A stretch of 64,000 bases of DNA from Candidatus Yanofskybacteria bacterium RIFCSPHIGHO2_01_FULL_44_24 (GCA_001794215.1 MGJK01000012.1:4834-68833); one strand, 5' to 3'; numbered from the stretch's first letter, positions 1 to 9,468 are shown. The notes: a model not told the origin generated them from the sequence alone. Numbers and translations: made by a program.

Positions 1-2
1 AG

Positions 3-1181
3 TTACAACAAAGACTCGATCTCCTTGACCATCTTGTCCTCGGAGAATTTGAAGAGGACGGTTTGGTGGGCCTGAATGCTGAGTTCCTGTCGAAGACGGT
101 CATTGCCGAGGATTTCCCGGATTCGATTAGCTATCTGATCGGGGTTTTTAGGCTCAACCATAAATCCGTTTTTGCCGTCTTCGATAATCTCGGGTACGGC
201 GCCGACGTTAGTTGCGATAACCGGAGTTTTGGCGGCCATAGCCTCTATTAATGCCCATGGGAAGCCTTCTTTGACCGAGGGCAGGACAAAAACATCAAAT
301 GCGGTGATAAATTTGGAAGCCTCCGGTATCTGTCCAAGGAGAAAGATCTTATGGCTAAGTCCGTGTTCAGCGATCATCAATTCTAACTTTTGCCTCTCCT
401 GCCCGTCGCCGATTATTATAAATGCTGTATCTTCAATATCCTTAAATTTTTCAGCCGTGAGTATGAAATACTCCAAGCCTTTGGGAGGGTAAAAATTGGC
501 GATAGTACCGACTATATTTTTGGCCTGAAATATCTTACCGGAATGGCGGGCTATCTTTTCGAATAACTTCAACCGGGCTTCTTCGCGGGGGAGGTAGGAG
601 GTTTTGTAAGTATCGAGGCCGTTGTGAATCAAGGCCAATCTATCCCTGGGAATGATCTTCATTTTCTGGGCTTGTCGAAGATCATGTTCATTGTTTACTA
701 CGATTACGTCTTTCCAACTGCTTCCGAGTTTCTCCAGCCTGACCCATAGCCATCTTTTCCATGCCGGCCAAGGGTCGTTAAAAGTCCAACCGCCTATTCG
801 ATAGATGACTTTAGGGCGAGTAGTATGGTAGCGCAGTAGCGCAGTAGCGAGGGAGCCTATAAAACCGGCCTTGGAACTGTTCAGAAAAATCGTTTCCGGC
901 CGGAAACTTTTGATCAGGTTTCTGATTTCCGAAACCGCCTTCACGTCCTTTACTGGCGCAGTTTCTCTTCTCAGAAACTTGAGGTCATGAACGGGAATTC
1001 CGTTCCGTCGAAGCTGTTCCTGAAACATCTTTCCTCCATCTTGGCCGACGGCAACGAGAATCTGATATTTCTCAGGGGTCAGCCTCCGCACAAGGGTATA
1101 CAAAAACTGTTGGGCTCCTCCCCAATCCGATTGAGTTATGACGAACAGGACTCGTTTTTTGGAATTGATTTCCAGCCCCAT
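3..1181 (-). CDS. GT4 (GT-B) glycosyltransferase
   Basis: ITQSDWGGAQ N-terminus, EGFPWALIEAMA (EX7E), TNVGAVPEII. Start placed at ATG 1181 (MGLE...) rather than ORF-track 1220, which would overlap the divergent gene. Confidence 0.9.
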   Translation of the reverse strand: MGLEINSKKRVLFVITQSDWGGAQQFLYTLVRRLTPEKYQILVAVGQDGGKMFQEQLRRNGIPVHDLKFLRRETAPVKDVKAVSEIRNLIKSFRPETIFLNSSKAGFIGSLATALLRYHTTRPKVIYRIGGWTFNDPWPAWKRWLWVRLEKLGSSWKDVIVVNNEHDLRQAQKMKIIPRDRLALIHNGLDTYKTSYLPREEARLKLFEKIARHSGKIFQAKNIVGTIANFYPPKGLEYFILTAEKFKDIEDTAFIIIGDGQERQKLELMIAEHGLSHKIFLLGQIPEASKFITAFDVFVLPSVKEGFPWALIEAMAAKTPVIATNVGAVPEIIEDGKNGFMVEPKNPDQIANRIREILGNDRLRQELSIQAHQTVLFKFSEDKMVKEIESLL

Positions 1182-1188
1182 ATATGGC

Positions 1189-1196
1189 ATTATAAT
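1189..1196. promoter_or_regulatory. Palindromic ATTATAAT, candidate bidirectional -10 element for two divergent leaderless genes
   Basis: TATAAT on + (1191-1196) lies 8 nt before ATG 1205. TATAAT on - (1194-1189) lies 7 nt before ATG 1181. Only 23 bp separate the starts. Confidence 0.55.
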
Positions 1197-1204
1197 ATAG
1201 AAAA

Positions 1205-2359
1205 ATGGCCGAAAAATCAATCACGATCTTCACTACCGCCTACAAGCCTTTTATAGGCGGATCCGAAATAGCAATTGAACAAATCAGCCGACGATTGCCG
1301 GATATTTTTTTCAATATCATAACTCCAAAACTTCGCGGTGATCTTAAGTGGGAGGAGGCCACAGGAAACGTGAAAATAAACAGGGTCGGGATTGGATGGC
1401 GACCGTTAGATAAGATGCTTTTTCCCGTTTTGGGGTTTCTACGGGCCGGCGGTTCGCCGTCTGTAGTTCATTCTTATCAGGCGTCATATGGAGGCGGAGC
1501 CGGGTGGGTTTTTAAAGTTTTCCATCCCAAATCTTTTTTTATTTTAACCCTGCAGGAGGGCAAGGATTTTGAAAAGCAGGGGTTTTTTATAAATTTTTTC
1601 AGAAATTTAATTATTAAAAAGGCCGACGCTATAACGGCGATCAGCAATTACTTGGCCGATTACGCCCGCAAGATAAATCCAAAGGCCAAGATCGCGGTCA
1701 TTCCCAATGGAGTGGACCTTGAAAAATTTAAAATTCAAAATGAAAAATTTAAAATTGAAGAACTCAAAAATAGACTAAAAATAGAAGACGGTGATAAGAT
1801 TGTCATTACCATTTCGAGGCTGGTGGAGAAAAATGGAGTGGGAGATCTGATAGAAGCGATCAGTAAGTGCAAAATCGCTAACCCAGAGCAAAGAATTAAG
1901 TTGATGATCATCGGGTCAGGATCGCTTGAGGAAAATTTAAAGATCAAAGTTCAAAAATCAAAATTACAAGACAGCGTTCTTTTCCTGGGGGATATTCCTT
2001 ACGATGAAATTCCTGCCTACTTAGCTATATCAGATGTTTTTGTGAGGCCCTCGTTTTCTGAGGGCTTAGGGAATGCATTTCTTGAGGCGATGGCGATGGG
2101 TGTTCCGATAATCGGTACGCCGGTCGGCGGTATACCCGATTTCCTTCAGGACGGAATTACAGGTCTTGCCTGTAAGGTCAGAAATCCGGACGATATAGCT
2201 AAGAAAATAAGCAGAATCTTGGCGGATGAAGGCCTGAGAAGATTGCTTGGAGAAAACGGAAGAAAACTTGTTCATGAAAGATACGATTGGGACTTCATTG
2301 CTCAAAAGTTTGGAGCAACATACAACCCTTTAATTCAAAATGAAAATATCAAAATGTAA
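1205..2359 (+). CDS. GT4 glycosyltransferase
   Basis: IGGSE N-terminus, ISRLVEKNG, EGLGNAFLEAMAMG (EX7E), TPVGGIPD. Confidence 0.92.
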   Translation: MAEKSITIFTTAYKPFIGGSEIAIEQISRRLPDIFFNIITPKLRGDLKWEEATGNVKINRVGIGWRPLDKMLFPVLGFLRAGGSPSVVHSYQASYGGGAGWVFKVFHPKSFFILTLQEGKDFEKQGFFINFFRNLIIKKADAITAISNYLADYARKINPKAKIAVIPNGVDLEKFKIQNEKFKIEELKNRLKIEDGDKIVITISRLVEKNGVGDLIEAISKCKIANPEQRIKLMIIGSGSLEENLKIKVQKSKLQDSVLFLGDIPYDEIPAYLAISDVFVRPSFSEGLGNAFLEAMAMGVPIIGTPVGGIPDFLQDGITGLACKVRNPDDIAKKISRILADEGLRRLLGENGRKLVHERYDWDFIAQKFGATYNPLIQNENIKM

Positions 2360-2438
2360 AATTCAGGTTACTCAACACTTCATTAGAAAAGTTTTGAGTT
2401 TCAATAATTTTTAACTTTGATTTTTAAATTTTAAATTT
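2332..2438 (+). repeat. Type A heptamer-repeat palindromic element (gene-less)
   Basis: A-rich arm AAAATGAAAATATCAAAATGTAAAATT, inner stem ACTCAACACTT(2370-2380)/AAGTTTTGAGT(2389-2399), T-rich arm AATTTTTAACTTTGATTTTTAAATTTTAAATTT ending at ATG 2439. Confidence 0.75.
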
Positions 2439-3593
2439 ATGCGAAGCATTTTAATTACAACCGGAATTTTCCCTCCCGATATTGGCGGGCCGGCTTCTTA
2501 CGGAAAAATATTAGCCGAGAAATTATCCAAGGATTTCAGGGTTACGCTGATTACTTATTCTTCAAAATTAAATTGGGCCGAAGATAAGAAGCTATCTTTC
2601 AAGGTGGTCAGGGTTTGGAGGAAAATTCCCAAATTTTTGAGGCACTTAGTTTACTTTTTCCAAGTTGTTTCATTGGCGAAGAAGCAAGACGTGATATTTG
2701 CCCTTAATTCTGTAAGCGCCGGAGTGCCGGGATTATTGGCGGCCAAGATGCGCAAGAAGAAATTTTTTGTAAAAGTCGTCGGGGATTATGCCTGGGAGAT
2801 CGCGGTTAATAAGAGAAAAACTTCTCTTTTAATGAACGATTTCCAAAAATCCAAAAGAAAAGGCTGGATCGGGGTGCTTCATAAAATTCAATCTTGGCTT
2901 ACCAAAAACGCCGACGGAGTAATAGTTCCTTCTGAGTATCTGGGCAGGGTCGTCAGGGGATGGGGAGTGTCTCAGAATAAGATTCACGTGGTTTATAATC
3001 AGGTAGAGTTTAAAAAATCAGAATTAACCAAGGAAGAGGCCCGAAAGAAGATAGATATATCGGGCAATATCATCGTATCAATCGGCCGGCTGGTGCCTTG
3101 GAAGGGGTTCAGGATGCTGATCAAAATAATGCCTGAACTTCTGAAAATAAATCAGTTTTTCCGCTTGGTTATTATCGGAGACGGTCCTGAAAAATCGAAT
3201 CTTGATTCGATGGTCAAGAATATGAGACTCGAGAAGAAGGTTTATATTGTTGGGCGCAAGTCTCAGTCGGAGGTGGCCGATTATTTAGCGGCCAGCGATA
3301 TATTCGTTTTGAACACCGGTTACGAGGGCTTTTCGCATTTGATACTTGAGGTGATGACGGCCGGCGTACCTGTGGTTACTACGACCGTCGGAGGCAACAA
3401 AGAAATTATCCATCAGGGGGAGAACGGATTTATGGTTAAGTACAATGATGAATTTAATCTGATCGAAGCTATCAAAACAGTTTGGCAGGTTCCGGAAATG
3501 CGCCAGCGTTTTATAGACGGCGGACTTAAAGCTTCCGGGTTGTTCAGTGTAGATTCCATGTTCCAGGAGACAGTCAAAGTCCTAAAAAGCTAA
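2439..3593 (+). CDS. GT4 glycosyltransferase
   Basis: FPPDIGGPA, IGRLVPWKG, EGFSHLILEVM (EX7E). Confidence 0.92.
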   Translation: MRSILITTGIFPPDIGGPASYGKILAEKLSKDFRVTLITYSSKLNWAEDKKLSFKVVRVWRKIPKFLRHLVYFFQVVSLAKKQDVIFALNSVSAGVPGLLAAKMRKKKFFVKVVGDYAWEIAVNKRKTSLLMNDFQKSKRKGWIGVLHKIQSWLTKNADGVIVPSEYLGRVVRGWGVSQNKIHVVYNQVEFKKSELTKEEARKKIDISGNIIVSIGRLVPWKGFRMLIKIMPELLKINQFFRLVIIGDGPEKSNLDSMVKNMRLEKKVYIVGRKSQSEVADYLAASDIFVLNTGYEGFSHLILEVMTAGVPVVTTTVGGNKEIIHQGENGFMVKYNDEFNLIEAIKTVWQVPEMRQRFIDGGLKASGLFSVDSMFQETVKVLKS

Positions 3594-3644
3594 AAGACTA
3601 AAGACTATGGCTTTATGCTCTCAGCATTAGTCATTTCACCAGCA

Positions 3645-4826
3645 ATGAAATTATTGATGATATCGGGTGATCGAAGTTTAGCTCAAGGCAAAAAGGGCGC
3701 TTTTTACAATACCTTAGAAGAACTTCGCAGGCATTTTGAAAGAGTTGTCATCATCTGCCCGCCTATCGGAAATTCAAAACTGAAAATTGTAAATTATTTC
3801 GATAATGTCGAGGTCCATCCTTCTCCGTGGCCGTTGGTATTTCAGCCTTTGTGGATTCTTCGCGAAGGCTCGCGGATTATAAGAGTTGAAAATTCAAAAT
3901 TGCCCGCCTTCGGCCAAGCCGGGGCGAGGCCGGAGAAAATTGAAAATTGGTTTATGACCGTTCATGAGTACCCGCCCTTTTATAACGGCATCGGGGCGCG
4001 GCTGTTATGGCAAAAGATAAAGGTTCCTTACCTGCTTGAAGTTTTTCATGTCCCCGGATACCCAAGATCGGCTAATTTAAAAGAGATTCTTTATAAGAAA
4101 TTAACAGGAGCCTTTATCGGTTATGATACCGCTAAGACTTCAGCCGTCAGAGTCATGAATGAAGATATGGGAGATTTTCTTGAGAAGGCCGGAGTACCGA
4201 GAAAAAAGATCAAACTCATTCCGGCTATCTATATCGATTTTGATGTTTTTAGGCCGGTGAATCTCATCAAAGAATACGACCTCATTTTTATTGGCCGGTT
4301 AGAATCTAACAAGGGAGTAGACCTATTGCTCAAAGCAATAGAATTTTCAATTTTTAATTTAAAATTTTCAATTAAATGTTTAATTGTCGGAGAAGGCTTA
4401 TTGAAAGAGGAGTTAAAATTAAAAATTAAAAATTTAAAATTGCAGGACAATGTCCTGCTTCATGGTTTCGCCAAAGATTCCCGTGAAATATCCGAGCTGA
4501 TGAATAAGTCTAAAATCTTGGTAATGCCGTCGTATAACGAGGGCGGACCCCGGGTAGTAGTCGAGGCTTTAGCGTGCGGGGTGCCGGTACTGGCATCAAG
4601 GGTCGGAATAGTGCCGAATTTGCTTAAAAATGGCTTAGGATGCGAGATTATCGACTGGAAGGCCGAAGATATTGCCAAGAAGGCGCAAGCTCTTCTGGGC
4701 GATCCTGTGAGGTATGGCGAATTCAGTAAAAACGGCCCCAAAATAGCGGCTCAATTTGAAAGAAGGGCGGCAATAAGGAATTACGCCGAGGAACTCCACA
4801 AAATAGGTCAAAACCGGACAAACTAA
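3645..4826 (+). CDS. GT4 glycosyltransferase with in-frame heptamer-repeat segments
   Basis: FIGRLESNKG, EGGPRVVVEALACG. Start taken at MKLLMISGD (3645). Confidence 0.88.
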   Translation: MKLLMISGDRSLAQGKKGAFYNTLEELRRHFERVVIICPPIGNSKLKIVNYFDNVEVHPSPWPLVFQPLWILREGSRIIRVENSKLPAFGQAGARPEKIENWFMTVHEYPPFYNGIGARLLWQKIKVPYLLEVFHVPGYPRSANLKEILYKKLTGAFIGYDTAKTSAVRVMNEDMGDFLEKAGVPRKKIKLIPAIYIDFDVFRPVNLIKEYDLIFIGRLESNKGVDLLLKAIEFSIFNLKFSIKCLIVGEGLLKEELKLKIKNLKLQDNVLLHGFAKDSREISELMNKSKILVMPSYNEGGPRVVVEALACGVPVLASRVGIVPNLLKNGLGCEIIDWKAEDIAKKAQALLGDPVRYGEFSKNGPKIAAQFERRAAIRNYAEELHKIGQNRTN

Positions 4827-4960
4827 CCGGTTAAAGTTATGAACAGATAAGCCTTTCCCCCGTATCTCTAAAAGTAATATAATTAATGCAGTGTTTTTAA
4901 CTCTTAGATTCCCCTTTTAGGCACGGATAAAACGTGCTTAGCGGTGCTTCTATGTTTTTT

Positions 4961-6547
4961 ATGGATAAGGCAACAGACAGTAAAAAAACCAGTAAATGGT
5001 CCTTTTTGGGGGTATTATTTGCCGTCTTAGCGGCATTTTTATTTTTTTCCGGCAGTGCTTCAGCCGGAGGCAACGCCATTGATACGGCCGATTATATCTA
5101 TTTTCGCATTGATACCGAAATAAATGTTTTAAATGATAAATCGGTTCTTGTTAAATGGTCATGCGGTGGCGGAGCCACCAGCGGTAGCTTGAGTATTTAT
5201 CAAGGCTCGGTTACCGATGGTACTTCATCGGACAGCGATGGCTTGGTAAATGGTATTGTTCAGATTGCTTCTCAATCGTTGGAAAATGCTGGCGCTAACG
5301 GATCTGGCTGTGATGGAGGGGAATCAATAACGGCCAGCGTTTCTCTGGGCGGATGGGTCAGTAGAACATGGGCTTCTTCCATTACTGATACGGCAGGAGG
5401 CTTTATTAACAGGGCCAGTATGGATTATACGATCGTTGTTAATGGGATAGTCGAACAATTAGGGAATACCCTAACTCTTAATGGCACCACTGCTTCGGCT
5501 ACTTACAGCGGGACGGTTGCCTCTCAATCGTACAGCAATTACAGCGGTACCTATAAGAAATATATTGCAGGATCTACCGACGCAGGAACGGTTAAGGGTG
5601 GAGCCGATGGATATGTAAATAGGACTTCTTCGGCCTTAACTATATCAGCCACAGCCTCTCAATCAGTTGACTTTGGCGCCTCTACCGATAGCGACTTAGA
5701 TGAGAGTAGCTTGTTATTCGGCCACGTTGTTACGGTGAGCGGTTATACGAACGGTTCGGTAAGGGCGGGCGACAGCTTGAGTATCGTATGTTCCAACGGA
5801 GGAGCCGGTTCTTGGTATTGTCCCGTACCCTTAGCTCATACCGGAACTACGGCGGAATATAGTTACCCATCGGGAGGTATTACTTCCCTCACCGCTACCT
5901 ATACTGACAGAACCACAGGCGGTGATGCGCAGGTTGCATCTACTATTACACCACCAACTCCTTCCGGAGGAGGATCTTATTCAGAATCCGGAACAGTTCC
6001 GGCCACCCCAGCCACTCCGGCAGTTCCGGCAACGCCTGCGACAGAGGAAACTCCAGCTGTTCCCGCAACTCCGGCAATACCGGCGACTCCAGCGACGCCC
6101 GCTTCTCGAGGTTTTGTTAGCTTGGCCGCGCTTAATCTTAAAGAAGGCGATGTCGTCAGTGCCGCGGGATCAGATGATCCGGATGTTTATATCGTCAATG
6201 ACTGGGGTTACAAGAGATTATTCTTGAATCCTGCAATATTCGGATTCTACGGGCATCTCGGAGGATTTAATAGGGTTAAAAATACTTCTTCCACGGTTCG
6301 TGATACCATGGTAACTTCCGGCTTGTTCAGGAATTGCGAAACTAATGACGCAAAAGTTTATGGAGTCGAAGCGACGGGCGAAGACGCAGGGCTTCTTCAT
6401 TGGGTGAATGTTAGCGGCGATGAAGCCGTAGCCCAAGATTCAGAATTCTTCAAGAAAGTATTCTGTATAAACGGCAACGAATTTAATTGGTACTCGAAAG
6501 GGGCAGACTACAGCTCTGTCGGTCAGGTCCCGGCCTATTCCCGCTAA
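4961..6547 (+). CDS. Secreted/surface protein with Ser/Thr/Gly-rich body, Pro-Ala-Thr linker and C-terminal globular domain
   Basis: Basic N-terminus plus hydrophobic stretch and ASA-type cleavage site; PATPA repeats at about 5993-6103; C-terminal LKEGDVVSAAGSDDPDVYIVNDWGYKRLFLNP domain. Confidence 0.75.
   Translation: MDKATDSKKTSKWSFLGVLFAVLAAFLFFSGSASAGGNAIDTADYIYFRIDTEINVLNDKSVLVKWSCGGGATSGSLSIYQGSVTDGTSSDSDGLVNGIVQIASQSLENAGANGSGCDGGESITASVSLGGWVSRTWASSITDTAGGFINRASMDYTIVVNGIVEQLGNTLTLNGTTASATYSGTVASQSYSNYSGTYKKYIAGSTDAGTVKGGADGYVNRTSSALTISATASQSVDFGASTDSDLDESSLLFGHVVTVSGYTNGSVRAGDSLSIVCSNGGAGSWYCPVPLAHTGTTAEYSYPSGGITSLTATYTDRTTGGDAQVASTITPPTPSGGGSYSESGTVPATPATPAVPATPATEETPAVPATPAIPATPATPASRGFVSLAALNLKEGDVVSAAGSDDPDVYIVNDWGYKRLFLNPAIFGFYGHLGGFNRVKNTSSTVRDTMVTSGLFRNCETNDAKVYGVEATGEDAGLLHWVNVSGDEAVAQDSEFFKKVFCINGNEFNWYSKGADYSSVGQVPAYSR
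5993..6103 (+). repeat. Coding PATPA/VPATPA low-complexity repeat
   Basis: Translation TVPATPATPAVPATPATEETPAVPATPAIPATPATPA. Confidence 0.85.
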
Positions 6548-6562
6548 AAATCTGTTCTGATT

Positions 6563-6593
6563 AAGTTAAAACCCCTGAATGGGGTTTTAACTT
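6563..6593 (+). terminator. Intrinsic terminator-like hairpin
   Basis: Perfect 13-bp stem AAGTTAAAACCCC-TGAAT-GGGGTTTTAACTT, 15 nt after the stop. Confidence 0.7.
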
Positions 6594-6627
6594 GGAAAAA
6601 TGGCAAAATAAGGGTATATTTCTAAGG

Positions 6628-8445
6628 ATGAGCAGGCTTCTTATTATTACCCAAAAAGTAGACATAAACGATGGCGTTTTAGGTTTTTTCCACGAGTGGA
6701 TCAGGAGGTTCGCCGAAAGATTTGATAAGGTCACGGTTATCTGCCTGAAAAAGGGCGAATACAATCTGCCGCCGAATGTTAAGGTCTTATCGCTGGGCAA
6801 GGAGACGTACGGCCATTATCCGGCAGTCGTCAGGCGGGCTTTGTTTTTTAAGAAATTTTATTCTTACATCCGACGGGAGAGAAATAATTACGACGCCGTA
6901 TTCGTACACATGAATCCTAAGTACGTTGTTCTCGGTGCTCCTTTGTGGAAAATTTGGGATAAAAAAATCAGCCTCTGGTATGCTCACGGCCATGTGGGCC
7001 CGACTCTTCAGTTGGCCGACAAGATGACCGATATTGCTTTTACCTCGACTCCGGAGGGCTATAGATTGAAAAGCGACAAGTTAGTCATAGTCGGACAGGG
7101 GATAGATACGGAAAAATTCAAAAATCAAAATTCAAAAATCAAAATTGATGATAGATTCAGGATTATATCCGTCGGGCGTATCACGGCCTCAAAGGATTAT
7201 GGAACGTTGATTCAGGCTTTATCCGTGCTTGGTAAGGATCTGAGAGATAAGCTGGAAGTTTCCATTGTCGGTGATACATGGACGGATAAAGACACTGCTT
7301 ATCTATCTGGATTGAAAGATAGGATAGCCGAGAAAGGATTAAGCGGAACGATAAAATTTTCTGGTCCGATTGCCAACAAAGATTTGCCGGGATTTCTTCA
7401 GTCAGCTGACCTATTCGTAAATATGGGATTGACCGGGAGTTTGGATAAGGCAATTTTGGAAGCGATGGCTTCGGGATTGCCGGTTTTGACCTGTAACGAG
7501 GCTTTGAAAAACGTTCTTGGTCTATATGCGGATAAGCTTATGTATCCGAAGGAGGATTCCGGCAAATTATCGGAAAAAATATCCTTGATGATGAAAATGG
7601 GTGGCCGCGAAAGAGCATCTTTGGGTGCCGGCCTGAGAGATATTGTCATAAGAGATCATAATATTGACGGTCTGATAGGCAAAATATCTAACTCAATCAA
7701 GGGCGTCCCTGCCAATCTAAATGTCGGTGACATTTACAACCGGCAGATAAAGGGTAAATTTGAAGGGAACTATGAGTATCATCGCTGGAAGAGCTCACCG
7801 GTCAAAAGGGCGGGGTATGAAATGACCCGGAGTTTGATTCGGGGTAATATATTGAAAAGCGGTTTGGGTTTCAGGGATTACCTTGAAGTGGGTCCCGGTC
7901 CGGGGACGTGGACGAAGATGTTTTTGGAGGCGAGTCCGAAAGCAAATTTTGATTTAGTGGATATATCCTCCGAAATGCTCAACTTAGCTAAGCAGAATCT
8001 TGCCGGTCATGGCAATTTAAGGTACATAGAGACCGATTTTCTGCGCTTCAATCCCGATAAGAAGTACGACATATTCTTTTCTTCCCGGGCAATTGAGTAT
8101 ATGCCGGATAAGGATGGTTTAGTAAAGAAAATATCCGATCTTTTGAGGCCGGGAGGCAGGGGATTCGTCATCACTAAAAATCCTAAATATTTACGGAGCA
8201 AATTGGCCGGCAGACATATCTCGGAATTTCATAAGGGCCAGATCTCTCCCGAAACATTCAGGGCCTTATTGATTGGAAATGGTTTCAAGGATGTCGAAAT
8301 TTATCCGGTTACTTTTGTTTTTCCCGTTTTCAACTCCGCCTTCATGAACAGGACGGTATCAGGGATCTTTTCTTACCAGAAATTGAATACGTTAAATAAT
8401 TTTTTTGCAGAATCCTATTTAATTAGGTTCAAGAAACCTAATTAA
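6628..8445 (+). CDS. GT4 glycosyltransferase fused to C-terminal class I SAM methyltransferase
   Basis: SVGRITASKD and GSLDKAILEAMASG (GT4); YLEVGPGPG, LVDISSEML, LLRPGG (methyltransferase). Confidence 0.88.
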   Translation: MSRLLIITQKVDINDGVLGFFHEWIRRFAERFDKVTVICLKKGEYNLPPNVKVLSLGKETYGHYPAVVRRALFFKKFYSYIRRERNNYDAVFVHMNPKYVVLGAPLWKIWDKKISLWYAHGHVGPTLQLADKMTDIAFTSTPEGYRLKSDKLVIVGQGIDTEKFKNQNSKIKIDDRFRIISVGRITASKDYGTLIQALSVLGKDLRDKLEVSIVGDTWTDKDTAYLSGLKDRIAEKGLSGTIKFSGPIANKDLPGFLQSADLFVNMGLTGSLDKAILEAMASGLPVLTCNEALKNVLGLYADKLMYPKEDSGKLSEKISLMMKMGGRERASLGAGLRDIVIRDHNIDGLIGKISNSIKGVPANLNVGDIYNRQIKGKFEGNYEYHRWKSSPVKRAGYEMTRSLIRGNILKSGLGFRDYLEVGPGPGTWTKMFLEASPKANFDLVDISSEMLNLAKQNLAGHGNLRYIETDFLRFNPDKKYDIFFSSRAIEYMPDKDGLVKKISDLLRPGGRGFVITKNPKYLRSKLAGRHISEFHKGQISPETFRALLIGNGFKDVEIYPVTFVFPVFNSAFMNRTVSGIFSYQKLNTLNNFFAESYLIRFKKPN

Positions 8446-8895
8446 ATTTTTACTTTTTAATTTAGAATTTTTACTTGATTCATAATGGCCAATTTTAAAA
8501 ACAACTACGATTTAGAAGAGAGGGTTGCCAGATTTGGCGAGGAAATAATTCTTTTTTGCCGAAGAGTCAAAAAAGATCCGATAGTCTTGCCCCTCTTGGT
8601 TCAGTTAATAAAATCAGCTACCAGTATCGGCGCTAACTACATGGAGGCCAATGGAGCCAGCTCGAGAAAGGATTTTGCCAATAAGATCTACATAGCCAAA
8701 AAGGAAGCCCAGGAAACCAAATACTGGCTGCGTATGCTCTCGGTTTATTATCCAAATGAATTAGAAAAACTTCAGAAATACCGGCAAGAAAGTCACGAGT
8801 TCACTTTGATATTTCACAAAATTGTCCGTACCATTAAAGATAAAGATTCCAAGGAACCGGATGCAATAAAAATTTTAAAGTAAAAATTAAAAATT
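8445..8895 (+). mobile_element. Type B palindromic cassette enclosing a four-helix-bundle gene
   Basis: Left arm 8445-8473 and right arm 8867-8895 are reverse complements at 26 of 29 positions; one of the three differences is a G.T wobble. Confidence 0.6.
8485..8883 (+). CDS. Four helix bundle protein (23S rRNA IVS-protein/Avd-like family)
   Basis: YDLEERV...QLIKSATSIGANYMEA...SRKDF...IAKKEAQETKYWL signature. Confidence 0.92.
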   Translation: MANFKNNYDLEERVARFGEEIILFCRRVKKDPIVLPLLVQLIKSATSIGANYMEANGASSRKDFANKIYIAKKEAQETKYWLRMLSVYYPNELEKLQKYRQESHEFTLIFHKIVRTIKDKDSKEPDAIKILK

Positions 8896-8898
8896 CTT

Positions 8899-9468
8899 AT
8901 GGTAATCGAACTATTCGGTCTGCCGGGGGCGGGCAAAACAACTTTTGCTAAACAGTTAGAAGCTGACGGCTTTACCGTGGTTAAGATAAGGACCAAGAAA
9001 GAGCTTCTTTATTTTAATTTTGTCCATTTAGTCCGTCATCCGATCAGTTCGCTGATGAACGCCATCTTCATTTTAAAAAATTCACCTAATCCCGGACTGC
9101 GCTATTATAAATTCATGAATTTTTTCTTAGATATGAATGCCCGCTACGAAAAAGCTCGATTGTACGGCAAGGCAGTTTTGGATCAGGGATATTTTCAGAA
9201 TGTCTTATCGGTATTTGAGAATCCGATGAGTGCCGAGATTATGAAGAGGTATATAAAGCATCTTCCTAAGCCGGACAAGCTGATCGTTTTAGACATCTTA
9301 GCCGAGGAGAGTTTAAAAAGAGCGGGGGAAAGGGGATATTACTCGCGCGAAAGATTTGGTGATGAATATGTCGAGAATTGGAGAAAAGTAGTTTTGCAGA
9401 ATTATGATTTGTTCAAGAAAGTCGTAGGGGATTTGGGGGTAGAATATGAAATCGTGAGTAATAATTGA
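8899..9468 (+). CDS. P-loop NTPase / nucleotide-kinase-like protein
   Basis: Walker A GLPGAGKTT, AVLDQG, PKPDKLIVLD (thymidylate-kinase-like fold). Confidence 0.75.
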   Translation: MVIELFGLPGAGKTTFAKQLEADGFTVVKIRTKKELLYFNFVHLVRHPISSLMNAIFILKNSPNPGLRYYKFMNFFLDMNARYEKARLYGKAVLDQGYFQNVLSVFENPMSAEIMKRYIKHLPKPDKLIVLDILAEESLKRAGERGYYSRERFGDEYVENWRKVVLQNYDLFKKVVGDLGVEYEIVSNN

